A DNA stretch of 64,000 bases from Chloroflexota bacterium. GTDB lineage: Bacteria; Chloroflexota; Dehalococcoidia; Bin125. Shown in pieces: positions 9,767 to 18,550 of the stretch (positions are counted from its first letter, which is position 1; the number at the start of each line of letters is the position of its first letter). The stretch is from positions 315,161 through 379,160 of the forward strand of contig VXQT01000013.1 in assembly GCA_009838915.1 (NCBI GenBank), given 5' to 3'. Made by a program: the position numbers and the translations under genes. Under the pieces are notes generated by a model. The model was given only the letters and a program-made list of their open reading frames with translations, had not been told where the DNA came from and searched no databases.

Positions 9767-10981
9767 TCATCCCAGCGCGCCGCTCTCGGCCAGCGCCGCG
9801 ATCTCATCGTCCGACAATCCTGTCTCCCGCAGGACCTGTTGGGTGTGCTGCCCGGTCTTCGGAGCCGGTCCTCGCGGCCCGATATCCGCGCCCTCGATCT
9901 CGAACGGCGTGTTGAGCGTACGGAACCTGCCTTGCGCACCGTCGATCATGCTCCAGGCGCTCATTTCTTCCATCTGCGGGTCTGCAATGACCTCCGGCAA
10001 CTCGGCAACCGGAGCCCAGGTCAAGGCTTCGGCGTCCAGCCTTGAAATCCACTCGACGAGCGGCCTCGTGCGAAAGGTTGCGGCAATCTCGGATGTGAGT
10101 TTGGAGGTGTGTGCCGCCCGCCCGAGCAGGGTCGCGTAGCGCTCGTCGGCGGCCAGGTCCTCGCGACCCAGCGCCCGGCAGGCCGGCTCCCAGTAACGAT
10201 CGCCGGTCGGCATGACCAACATCAGCCAGCGCCCGTCGGCGGTCTCGTAGGAGTTGAACAGCGGATTGCCGGGCAGCACGCGATTGATTCGCTGCGGCTG
10301 TTGCTCCGTGATCAGCGCCGCCGAGACGTCCGAGCCAATCGTCCAGGCGCCCGTCCGTTGCAACGTCACCTCGACGTACTGTCCTTCACCCGTCATGTCG
10401 CGCAATCGCAGCGCCGCCAGCGTGCCTGCCAGCAGGTTGAGCGCCGTCGCGTGGTCGCCCTGTCCCGGACGGCAGGGCATCGGCGGACCGCCCGGCTCGC
10501 CGATCAGGCTCATGATCCCCGACCGCGACCAGAAGGCCGAGTAGTCGAAGGCGGTCTTGGCGTTGTCGGGCCCGCGAGTGCCGTAGCCGGTCAGCACCAC
10601 GTAGATCAGACCGGGATTGACCCGCTGCAGCGACTCGCGCGACAGGTCGTATCGCTCGATGCGCGGCGCGGTGAGGTTGGTGATGAAGATGTCGGAGTCG
10701 GCGACCATCCGCTTGACTGTCTCGCCGGCGCCAGGACGCTCCAGCGACAGCGCCACGCCGCGCTTGCCGCGGTTGTCCAGCTCAAACGGCGCGTCGACGT
10801 CGGTGTCCGGATCGAAGTCCGCCTTCTGGCCGCGCATCAGGGTTGTGCGCCAGGCGTCGCCTCCGGGATGTTCAACCTTGACCACGTCGGCGCCAAGATC
10901 AGCCATCAAGGCTGCTGCCGAGGGCGCGGCGAGCCAGTTTGCCACCTCCACAACCCGAATTCCCTCAAGCGGCGCAACCAT
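9767..10981 (-). CDS. CoA-transferase family III (CaiB/BaiF) protein
   Basis: N-terminus LEGIRVVEVANWLAAPSAAALMADLGADVVKVE and family-wide conservation. Lies 18 bp upstream of the acyl-CoA dehydrogenase at 8600-9748, so a probable operon. Confidence 0.88.
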   Translation of the reverse strand: MVAPLEGIRVVEVANWLAAPSAAALMADLGADVVKVEHPGGDAWRTTLMRGQKADFDPDTDVDAPFELDNRGKRGVALSLERPGAGETVKRMVADSDIFITNLTAPRIERYDLSRESLQRVNPGLIYVVLTGYGTRGPDNAKTAFDYSAFWSRSGIMSLIGEPGGPPMPCRPGQGDHATALNLLAGTLAALRLRDMTGEGQYVEVTLQRTGAWTIGSDVSAALITEQQPQRINRVLPGNPLFNSYETADGRWLMLVMPTGDRYWEPACRALGREDLAADERYATLLGRAAHTSKLTSEIAATFRTRPLVEWISRLDAEALTWAPVAELPEVIADPQMEEMSAWSMIDGAQGRFRTLNTPFEIEGADIGPRGPAPKTGQHTQQVLRETGLSDDEIAALAESGALG

Positions 10982-11043
10982 AGCCAGACCCTTCGTTAGC
11001 TTGCAGTCCGATCCTACTTGCCGCAGCAGTGAAGGAGCCGATC

Positions 11044-12408
11044 ATGCAGCACCGACCGACCGCCGCTCGCGTACCCGACTCGGGCATTTGCGAACTGTTC
11101 ACCCGCGAGGCGCGCTGGCAGTCCTGGCTCGACGTCGAGGCGGCCCTCGCACGCGCCGAGGCCGAGCTTGACATGATTCCCGCCGACGCCGCCGTGCAGA
11201 TCACCGAACACTGCCGGCTCGAGCTGTTGGACATGGAGAAGATTGAAGCAATTCTGGCCGTCACGGCGCATCCGCTGGTCCCACTGATCTGGGAGTTGGA
11301 CCGAATCCTCGGCGACGAGATCGGCGGCTACGTACACTGGGGCGCGACCACGCAAAACATCACTCAGACCGGCGACATCTTGCAACTGCGCAAGGCGCAC
11401 GAGATCATCCTGGGACAGATCGGGCAGGTCCTGGCGCTGCTCGCGCCCTTGGCAGAGCGCCACGCCGACGATCCTTGCGCCGGGCGCACGCACGGACAGC
11501 ACGCCGTCCCGGCAACCTTCGGCTACAAGGTCGGCGCATGGATCGACGAGCTCTGCCGACACGTCGAGCGGCTGCACGATGCTGAACCGCGCATCTTCGT
11601 AGCCATGCTAGGCGGCGCAGCCGGCACGCTCGCCTCATTCGGCGCGCCCGGTCTCGCAGTTCAGGAAGGCCTGGCGCGGCACCTCGACCTGCTGCCGATG
11701 CCGGTCCCCGGTCGCACCAGCCATGACCACCACGCCGAGTACGCCGCCATCCTGGCGATGCTTGCCGCTACCTCTCGCAAGATCGCGGACGAGACCTACA
11801 CGTTGATGAAGCCCGAGTTCGGCGAGATCGAGGAGCCGGTGCCGCCCGGCACCGTGGGCAGCAGCACGATGCCGCAGAAACGCAATCCCAAGCTCTCACA
11901 GGACATTCGCGCCGCCGCCGCGCAGGTGACGACGCTGTTCCCGCTCGCGCTCGACGCGATGCGCACGGAACACGAGGCCGACGGTTCGACCAGCGTCATG
12001 ATCGAGCGAGTCCTCCACGGCTCGATCGAGCTAGTCGGTGACATCCTCTCACGGCTGGCGGTCCTGTTCGACGGCATCGAGGTGAAGCCTGAGCGAATGC
12101 GACAGAACCTTGACCTGTCCGGCGGACTGATCATGAGCGAACGAATCATGCTCGCGCTGGGCGAGCGTGTCGGTCGTCAGCGCGCCCACGATGTGGTCTA
12201 CGAACACGCGCAGGACGCCGCCGTGCAACAGGTCTCGTTCCGCGATCTGCTGGTCGCTGACGAAGAAGTCCGCCGACATCTCTCGGAGGCGGAGCTCGAC
12301 CATTTGCTGGACCCAGCTTCGTACACAGGCGCATGTGGGGACATCGCCCGAGCACAGGCCCAACGGGCGCGCGAGTTCGCGGAAGGTCTAGACTCCGCCC
12401 AGAGCTGA
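11044..12408 (+). CDS. Fumarate-lyase superfamily enzyme (3-carboxy-cis,cis-muconate cycloisomerase / adenylosuccinate lyase-like)
   Basis: GSSTMPQKRNP signature motif. AGGAG ribosome-binding site 7 nt before the ATG at 11044 (track ORF began at 11029). Confidence 0.8.
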   Translation: MQHRPTAARVPDSGICELFTREARWQSWLDVEAALARAEAELDMIPADAAVQITEHCRLELLDMEKIEAILAVTAHPLVPLIWELDRILGDEIGGYVHWGATTQNITQTGDILQLRKAHEIILGQIGQVLALLAPLAERHADDPCAGRTHGQHAVPATFGYKVGAWIDELCRHVERLHDAEPRIFVAMLGGAAGTLASFGAPGLAVQEGLARHLDLLPMPVPGRTSHDHHAEYAAILAMLAATSRKIADETYTLMKPEFGEIEEPVPPGTVGSSTMPQKRNPKLSQDIRAAAAQVTTLFPLALDAMRTEHEADGSTSVMIERVLHGSIELVGDILSRLAVLFDGIEVKPERMRQNLDLSGGLIMSERIMLALGERVGRQRAHDVVYEHAQDAAVQQVSFRDLLVADEEVRRHLSEAELDHLLDPASYTGACGDIARAQAQRAREFAEGLDSAQS

Positions 12409-12439
12409 GCAACACCCCTGTTGCGGAATCGAGTGCAAC

Positions 12440-13123
12440 ATGTTGAAGTGGATCGTCCCCGTCACGAAGAAAGAGGGCATCGACAGCGATACCTTCTACG
12501 AGTTCTGGCGCTGCATCCATGCGCCGCACGTCGCCAACCTGGCCAAGCCGGAGCGCTACTGCGTCACGCTCTTCGACAGTACGGCGTCATTGGGCGGCGC
12601 GCCGGCTGCAGAGGAGATGGCCTACGACGGCCTGGCCGAACTCTGGTTCCGCGACTTCGAGCACTTCACCGACGCCTTCGGCGAGCATCGCGGAAATCTC
12701 CGCACGATCGACGGCTTCCAGGAACTGATCGAGCCGACAACCGACGCGATGTTCACGACCGAGCACTCTTATGTCAATGCACCAACGAATGAGGATGCCC
12801 TGAAGTGGGTCGCGTTCGTCAGGCGCGGTGAGAGCGTGACGCCCGACCAGCTCTTCGCCGCCTGGCGTAACGAGCACTCACCGAGAGTGACCAATACGAT
12901 CGCCCGATCCGAGGGCGCCTGCATCGGTTACACCACCTCACACGCCGACCAGGGCGGAGCGGACCCCACATGGGACGGCATCGCCTCCCTCTGGTATGCC
13001 GACGCCGGCGCTGTGGCGAGGGGTCTCCCGCCCTCGGACGAACCGGGCGATCCGTTCCCGGGACTGATCGACGGGGCGGCAACGGTCATCCTGCAGGGAC
13101 GCGAGATCACGGTCGTCTCCTAG
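12440..13123 (+). CDS. Tandem EthD-domain (Dabb-type alpha+beta barrel) protein
   Basis: Two internal repeats: ...FYEFWRCIHAPHV...YDGLAELWFRDFEHF... and ...LFAAWRNEHSPRV...WDGIASLWYADAGAV... Confidence 0.7.
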   Translation: MLKWIVPVTKKEGIDSDTFYEFWRCIHAPHVANLAKPERYCVTLFDSTASLGGAPAAEEMAYDGLAELWFRDFEHFTDAFGEHRGNLRTIDGFQELIEPTTDAMFTTEHSYVNAPTNEDALKWVAFVRRGESVTPDQLFAAWRNEHSPRVTNTIARSEGACIGYTTSHADQGGADPTWDGIASLWYADAGAVARGLPPSDEPGDPFPGLIDGAATVILQGREITVVS

Positions 13124-13155
13124 ACTGACAGGCAACGCTACGAACGGAGCCCGCG

Positions 13156-14493
13156 ATGCGATTTGGAATCTTCTACGAGCACCAACTACCCAAGCCGTGG
13201 AGCGAGGGACAGGAACAACAGCTCTTCCAGGACGCCCTCGATCAGGTCGAACTGGCTGACAAGCTGGGCATCGACCACGCCTGGGAAGTCGAACACCACT
13301 TCCTCGAGGAGTACTCCCACTCCTCCGCTCCGGAAGTGTTCCTGGCAGCCGCCTCGCAGCGAACGCAGAACATCCGCCTCGGGCACGGCATCGTGCTGAT
13401 GCCTCCGGGCTACAACCACCCCGCCCGCGTCGCCGAGCGGATCGCGACGCTCGATCTGGTCTCCAACGGGCGGGTCGAGTTCGGCACCGGCGAGTCGGCT
13501 TCACGCGCCGAACTCGAGGGCTACATGGTCAACCCGGAAGAGCGCCGCGCGATGTGGCGCGAGACCGTCGAGCAGGTCGCCAACATGCTGGCCATGAACC
13601 CGTATCCGGGCTACGAGGGCAAGTATTTCTCGATGCCGACTCGCAACGTCGTACCCAAGCCGGTGCAGAAGCCGCACCCGCCGCTCTGGGTTGCCTGCTC
13701 CAACCGTGACACGATTCACCTCGCCGCCAAGCTGGGCATCGGCGCGCTGACCTTCGCCTTCATCGATCCGGCCGAGGCCGAGCACTGGGTCAACGACTAC
13801 TACGAGACGATCAAGACCGAGTGCGTGCCAATCGGCCACACCGTGAACGCGAATATCGCCATGGTCTCCTCATTCTCGGTGCATCCCGACGCCGACGAGG
13901 CCGAGCGTCGCGGCGGCGATGGCTTCCGCTTCTTCCAGTTCGCCCTGGGGCATCACTATGCCGCCGGCATGCACAAGCCGGGCCGAACCAACATTTGGAA
14001 GGCCTGGGAGCAGCTCCGCGACACCTGGCCGAGCCAGGGCGGCGAGGGCGGCATTGGCACCCCGGACGAACTGCGCGAGCACCTGCGTATCTTCTCCGAG
14101 TGCGGCGTCGACCAGTCGGTCTTCATCCAGCAGGCCGGCAAGAACGAGCACGAGCACATCTGCGAGTCGCTCGAGATCTTCGCGCGCGATGTCATGCCTG
14201 AGTTCAAGGAGTTTGAGGCCGAGCGCGTCGCCAAGAAGGAAGAGGAACTCGCGCCCTACATCGAGGAAGCGTTCAAGCGCAAAGCCGAACGTAATGAGAT
14301 GATGGCCGAACTCTCGGACGAGGACATCCCCGTCTACCCGCCTTACGGCTTCGATGTGGTTACCAGCTCCAACCGTCTCAGCGAGGAGTACCACCACGAA
14401 GAGGCCGAAAAACGAGCACAGGAACAGGCCGCCCGCTTCGAGGAGATGAAGAAGACCGCCAACCTCGCGGTCGAACTGGGGGCGCGGGACTAG
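13156..14493 (+). CDS. LLM-class flavin/F420-dependent oxidoreductase (luciferase-like monooxygenase) with a charged C-terminal extension
   Basis: Luciferase-like TIM-barrel core ending ...ESLEIFARDVMPEF, followed by a ~90-aa E/K/R-rich tail. GGAG ribosome-binding site. Confidence 0.8.
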   Translation: MRFGIFYEHQLPKPWSEGQEQQLFQDALDQVELADKLGIDHAWEVEHHFLEEYSHSSAPEVFLAAASQRTQNIRLGHGIVLMPPGYNHPARVAERIATLDLVSNGRVEFGTGESASRAELEGYMVNPEERRAMWRETVEQVANMLAMNPYPGYEGKYFSMPTRNVVPKPVQKPHPPLWVACSNRDTIHLAAKLGIGALTFAFIDPAEAEHWVNDYYETIKTECVPIGHTVNANIAMVSSFSVHPDADEAERRGGDGFRFFQFALGHHYAAGMHKPGRTNIWKAWEQLRDTWPSQGGEGGIGTPDELREHLRIFSECGVDQSVFIQQAGKNEHEHICESLEIFARDVMPEFKEFEAERVAKKEEELAPYIEEAFKRKAERNEMMAELSDEDIPVYPPYGFDVVTSSNRLSEEYHHEEAEKRAQEQAARFEEMKKTANLAVELGARD

Positions 14494-14599
14494 CGACGGC
14501 TCACGCCGGTCGCGACGCGACCGACAGTTCGAAGATTGCCGCGCCAGCAGCGCCAGAGGCTGTATGTCCGTAGCGTCGTCTGGAAGATGCGAGCAGCTG

Positions 14600-15490
14600 T
14601 CAGGTCAGAGGATTGAGCGATACCGCGCTTCCGACCAGGTCAATCGCGGTGTGCAGCTTGCGCCGGCCGACAAATGCAGCGCGTCCGTACAGTTCACCGA
14701 TCGCTTCCACCGCTTCGAGCGTCGACATTGACGTGGTGATCAGCGCAAACGATTCCCGCTCGGCACGCTGCGCGACGTACGGCAGCGTCGGCTCGCCTCC
14801 GGCCAGGATCAGGCAGAGCGGTTCATAGTCGAGCGCGCCCAGGGCGATGTCGATCCGATCGTGTCGGGTGACCAACGTCTTGTCCGGGTACTTGCGGAAG
14901 TAGTCCATGCCCTCGTGCGCGCTGACCGGCCCGATTACGAGGTCTCGGGACGACTCGTCGAACAGCGCTTCATCTCCCGAGAGCGCGCCTTCGATTGCCG
15001 GCGCGATATCGTTGACCGTCGGCGCAGCAAGGTGTCGATCCTGCGGCAGCGCGCACACTGCACTTGCTGTACTTGCTCCCATGCCGCTCACCCTCGCGAT
15101 CGCCTCCGCGTCGCCGTACTGCGGCACGGCGTTGATAACCACCAGATCCGGAGCGAGCGACTCCAGCGCTCGTGCCACAGTGTCGTCGTCGGCCTCGCCG
15201 TGGCGAGTCACGAGCACCGTCCGATCACCTTCGATACCCGAGGCGTCACCTGCCTCAATCACCACGTGGTCGGTATCAAATGCGATGTCCGTCGGCGCGA
15301 CCGGCTGCCCACTGCTGCGCACGCCGTTGACCTGCGAGAGCTGCACGGCGTCGGCGGACGCGGAGTCCGAGTCGCCGACGCGCTCGAGCCGAACCGTGGC
15401 GCCGGTCGCTCGGAGCGCCGCGGCGATACCTGCGGCAACCACCGACTTACCGTCTCCGGGCAGCGTGGATGTGACGAGAATGCTGGCCAC
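14600..15490 (-). CDS. Standalone phosphotransacetylase-N-terminal-like protein (BioD/CobQ-type P-loop + DRTGG domain)
   Basis: P-loop TSTLPGDGKS and a DRTGG-like LILAGGEP motif. Start reassigned to GTG at 15490 (VASILV...) with a GGGGAG ribosome-binding site; track ORF began at 15556. Confidence 0.6.
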   Translation of the reverse strand: MASILVTSTLPGDGKSVVAAGIAAALRATGATVRLERVGDSDSASADAVQLSQVNGVRSSGQPVAPTDIAFDTDHVVIEAGDASGIEGDRTVLVTRHGEADDDTVARALESLAPDLVVINAVPQYGDAEAIARVSGMGASTASAVCALPQDRHLAAPTVNDIAPAIEGALSGDEALFDESSRDLVIGPVSAHEGMDYFRKYPDKTLVTRHDRIDIALGALDYEPLCLILAGGEPTLPYVAQRAERESFALITTSMSTLEAVEAIGELYGRAAFVGRRKLHTAIDLVGSAVSLNPLT

Positions 15491-15655
15491 GTGAGGCTCC
15501 CCATCTCCATTTGCGCACCTGGCCCTGTTGGGCCTCAGCACAGAGCCTAGAGCCAAGCGAGCATACGCGCTGAGGCCCGGGGCAGGCCATCGCTACCGCA
15601 GGCGTGGCTAGACTGACGGCATCGTCCGCTCAGAATCGTCAGCGAGGCCAGCGAG

Positions 15656-15886
15656 ATGTCCAGGCAGCCTGGCTCGGAACGCGAAGTATGGCCGCCGCCT
15701 GCGCCTGACTCCCCCCGCGCCAGAAGTCGCCGCCCGCCTCCCGAACGTCACGCGCGCTGGATTGATCCCGGAAATCGCGCCGACGAACCGCGCGAAGACG
15801 CTCCGAAGCTGCTCTGGTGGATACTTGGCGCATTGCTGCTGTTCGGCGTGTTCTCCGTCCTGATCCGCGTGTTCCTGGTCACCTAG
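15656..15886 (+). CDS. Hypothetical small membrane protein (Pro/Arg-rich N-terminus, one C-terminal TM helix)
   Basis: 76-aa ORF in a 518-bp divergent intergenic region. C-terminus LLWWILGALLLFGVFSVLIRVFLV has coding-like GC3. GAGG lies upstream of the ATG. Confidence 0.35.
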   Translation: MSRQPGSEREVWPPPAPDSPRARSRRPPPERHARWIDPGNRADEPREDAPKLLWWILGALLLFGVFSVLIRVFLVT

Positions 15887-16008
15887 CCACCGTAGTCCTG
15901 GTCTTCGGTATCTTGATTGACAATCCGCGATTGACGCTGCGGGTCTTCCGCCGCGCCCCGGCGACACTTGCGTTGCGGCCGCGACAGGCACGGGATCGGA
16001 GTTCCAGG

Positions 16009-18489
16009 ATGACGAACGAGGGGTCGGACACGCTGTTGCAGGGCGTGCGAGTGCTGGATCTGGCGACGCCGCGGGCGGAGATGACCGGACGAGTCCTCGC
16101 CGACATGGGCGCGGAAGTGATCAAGGTTGAGCCATCTGCAGGCGCCGACGCCCGTCGGCTTCCTCCGTTCAGCGACTCGGAACCCGGCCGCTCGCTGTAC
16201 TGGGCGCAGATGGGATTAGGCAAGCGCAGCGTCGTCATCGACCTGGACTCCGCGCCGGGCCGCGATGAGTTCCGTTCCCTGCTCGCAACCGCCGATGTGC
16301 TGATCGAGTCGTTCGATCCCGGCACGATGGCGAGCCTGGGACTGGGCTATGACGATGTCAAGAACGAACTCCCGGATCTGATCTACGTATCGGTGACGCC
16401 GTACGGACAGGATGGACCCCACGCCGACCGTCCGGCAACGGATCTGACGCTCGAGTCTGCCGGTGGGCTCGTCGGCCTGCAGGGTGACGGCGACCGTCCA
16501 CCGGTACCGGTGGGATTGCCGCAGGCATCGATCCATGCCGGCGTCCAAGCGGCGGCTGACACCTCGATTGCCTTGCGCGAGCGTGAGCTGTCGGGTCTCG
16601 GTCAGCACCTCGATGTGTCGATGCAGGCAGCAGTCGTATGGACGCTGATGAACGCGACCGGGTTTCCGCCAAACACGGGCGGCGATCCGCCCGGCACCTG
16701 CGCTGAGCGCGGCGGCGGCGAAGCGAACTCCGCCGGGGCGGTCATGGGCGTCCATCCTTGCCTCGACGGCTACATCGTGTTCAGCATCGTGCCCGGCGGA
16801 CTGGGACTGCGACACTCAACCCTGGTCCTCAAGTGGATTGAGGAAGAGGGTGAGCTCACTGGCGAGTTGGAGGGCGTTGACATCGACGAGTGGGCGGCCA
16901 AGATCGCTCGTCTTGTGACCGAGGATCCGGCCGAATTGGGTCGACAGGTCTTGATCGCGACCGAGAACATGCATCAGTTCGTCGCCAAGAAAACGATGGC
17001 CGAGTGTTTCGAGCGAGCGGTGCGGGACAGCTTCATGATGGCTCCGCTCTACACGATGGAGGACATCGCCAACGACTCGCACCTGGCGGCCCGAGACTTC
17101 TGGGTGGATATCGACGGACATCGATATCCCGGACCGTTCGCCAAGCTCTCGGAGACGCCGCTGCAGCTCACGCGACCGGCGCCGGCGCTTGGGCAGGACC
17201 AACATCTGCTCGCCGAGGTCGACGGTGCGCGGAGGCAGAAGTCGCGCGCTCAAATCTCCGCCAACGGCGTGCGCGGCGCGGACGGCGGCGCGCTGCATGG
17301 CGTCAAGATCGCCGATTTTGCCTGGGTCGGCGTGGGACCGCTGATCTCGAAGTCGATGGCCGACCACGGCGCAACCGTCGTGCACATCGAGTCGGCGACG
17401 CGGCCGGATGTGCTCCGACTCGCCCCGCCGTTCAAGGACAACGAGCCGGGCATGGACCGTGCTCAGTTCATGGCCAACTTCAACTCGTCAAAGATTGGGG
17501 TCGCGCTACGCCTTGACACGGAACAAGGACACGAATACGCGCGCCAGCTCATCGAGTGGGCCGACGTCGTGGTTGAATCGTTCACTCCGGGCACGATGAA
17601 GCGGTTCGGCTTCGACTTCGCCACGCTGAGCCAGGAACGTCCCGAGCTGATCATGCTCAGCACCTGCCTGCGCGGCCAATCCGGCCCGGAGTCGACATAT
17701 CCCGGCTTCGGTCTGCAAGGCGCCTGCCTCTCAGGCTTGCATAGGATCACCGGCTGGCCCGACCGTCAACCCGCGGGTACCTGGGGCGCGTACACGGACT
17801 TCATTAATCCCCGCTTCGGGTCCGGCGTGCTGGCCGCAGCAATTCGGCATCGCGACCTGACCGGTAAGGGACAGTACATCGACCTGGCACAGAGCGAAGC
17901 GGGTATCCACTTCGCAGCCCCGTTACTCCTCGATTATCTCGAAAACGGCCGCGTCGCGCGGGCGCCGGGCCACGACTCGATGTACGCGGCGCCCAACGGC
18001 GTGTTCCGCGTCGGCGAGGGCGAACGCTACGTGGCGATCGCCAGCGAAACCGCCGAGCAGTGGAGCGCGCTGCGGGATGCCGCCGGACTGGAACCCTGGT
18101 CGGGAGCCGAGTACGACGACCTTTCGGAGAGGATCGCGGCCAAATCGGAGATTGAGGCCGCGCTTGCCGACTGGTGCGCTCCGCAGACCGCCGATGCGGT
18201 GGTCGAGTGCCTGACTTCCCTCGGCGTGCCGGCGTCGGTCGTGCAATGGCCTTCCGACCTGTACCAGGATGCTCAGCTCAAGCACCGAAACTTCTTCGTC
18301 ACGTTGAATCACTCGGTGATGGGGCCGACACCATACGACGGGCTGGTCACCAGGTTCTCGGGCGGCACCGCGAACCTGCGTCGCGCGGCGCCGGCGATCG
18401 GCGAGCACACGCACTACGTACTTTCGGAGATTCTCAACGCGTCGGACGACGAGATCACGGATGCACTGGTTGCCGGCGTGTTGCAGTAG
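16009..18489 (+). CDS. Fused tandem CoA-transferase family III protein (two CaiB/BaiF domains)
   Basis: 826 aa. Domain 1 begins LQGVRVLDLATPRAEMTGRVLADMGAEVIKVE; domain 2 begins LHGVKIADFAWVGVGPLISKSMADHGATVVHIE. Start reassigned to MTNEGSD (ATG 16009, GGAG ribosome-binding site). Confidence 0.8.
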   Translation: MTNEGSDTLLQGVRVLDLATPRAEMTGRVLADMGAEVIKVEPSAGADARRLPPFSDSEPGRSLYWAQMGLGKRSVVIDLDSAPGRDEFRSLLATADVLIESFDPGTMASLGLGYDDVKNELPDLIYVSVTPYGQDGPHADRPATDLTLESAGGLVGLQGDGDRPPVPVGLPQASIHAGVQAAADTSIALRERELSGLGQHLDVSMQAAVVWTLMNATGFPPNTGGDPPGTCAERGGGEANSAGAVMGVHPCLDGYIVFSIVPGGLGLRHSTLVLKWIEEEGELTGELEGVDIDEWAAKIARLVTEDPAELGRQVLIATENMHQFVAKKTMAECFERAVRDSFMMAPLYTMEDIANDSHLAARDFWVDIDGHRYPGPFAKLSETPLQLTRPAPALGQDQHLLAEVDGARRQKSRAQISANGVRGADGGALHGVKIADFAWVGVGPLISKSMADHGATVVHIESATRPDVLRLAPPFKDNEPGMDRAQFMANFNSSKIGVALRLDTEQGHEYARQLIEWADVVVESFTPGTMKRFGFDFATLSQERPELIMLSTCLRGQSGPESTYPGFGLQGACLSGLHRITGWPDRQPAGTWGAYTDFINPRFGSGVLAAAIRHRDLTGKGQYIDLAQSEAGIHFAAPLLLDYLENGRVARAPGHDSMYAAPNGVFRVGEGERYVAIASETAEQWSALRDAAGLEPWSGAEYDDLSERIAAKSEIEAALADWCAPQTADAVVECLTSLGVPASVVQWPSDLYQDAQLKHRNFFVTLNHSVMGPTPYDGLVTRFSGGTANLRRAAPAIGEHTHYVLSEILNASDDEITDALVAGVLQ

Positions 18490-18550
18490 CCGCCAGCATC
18501 CGGACATCCCCTAAACTGCCAGCATCGAATTGCAGGGAAGGACTTGACAG

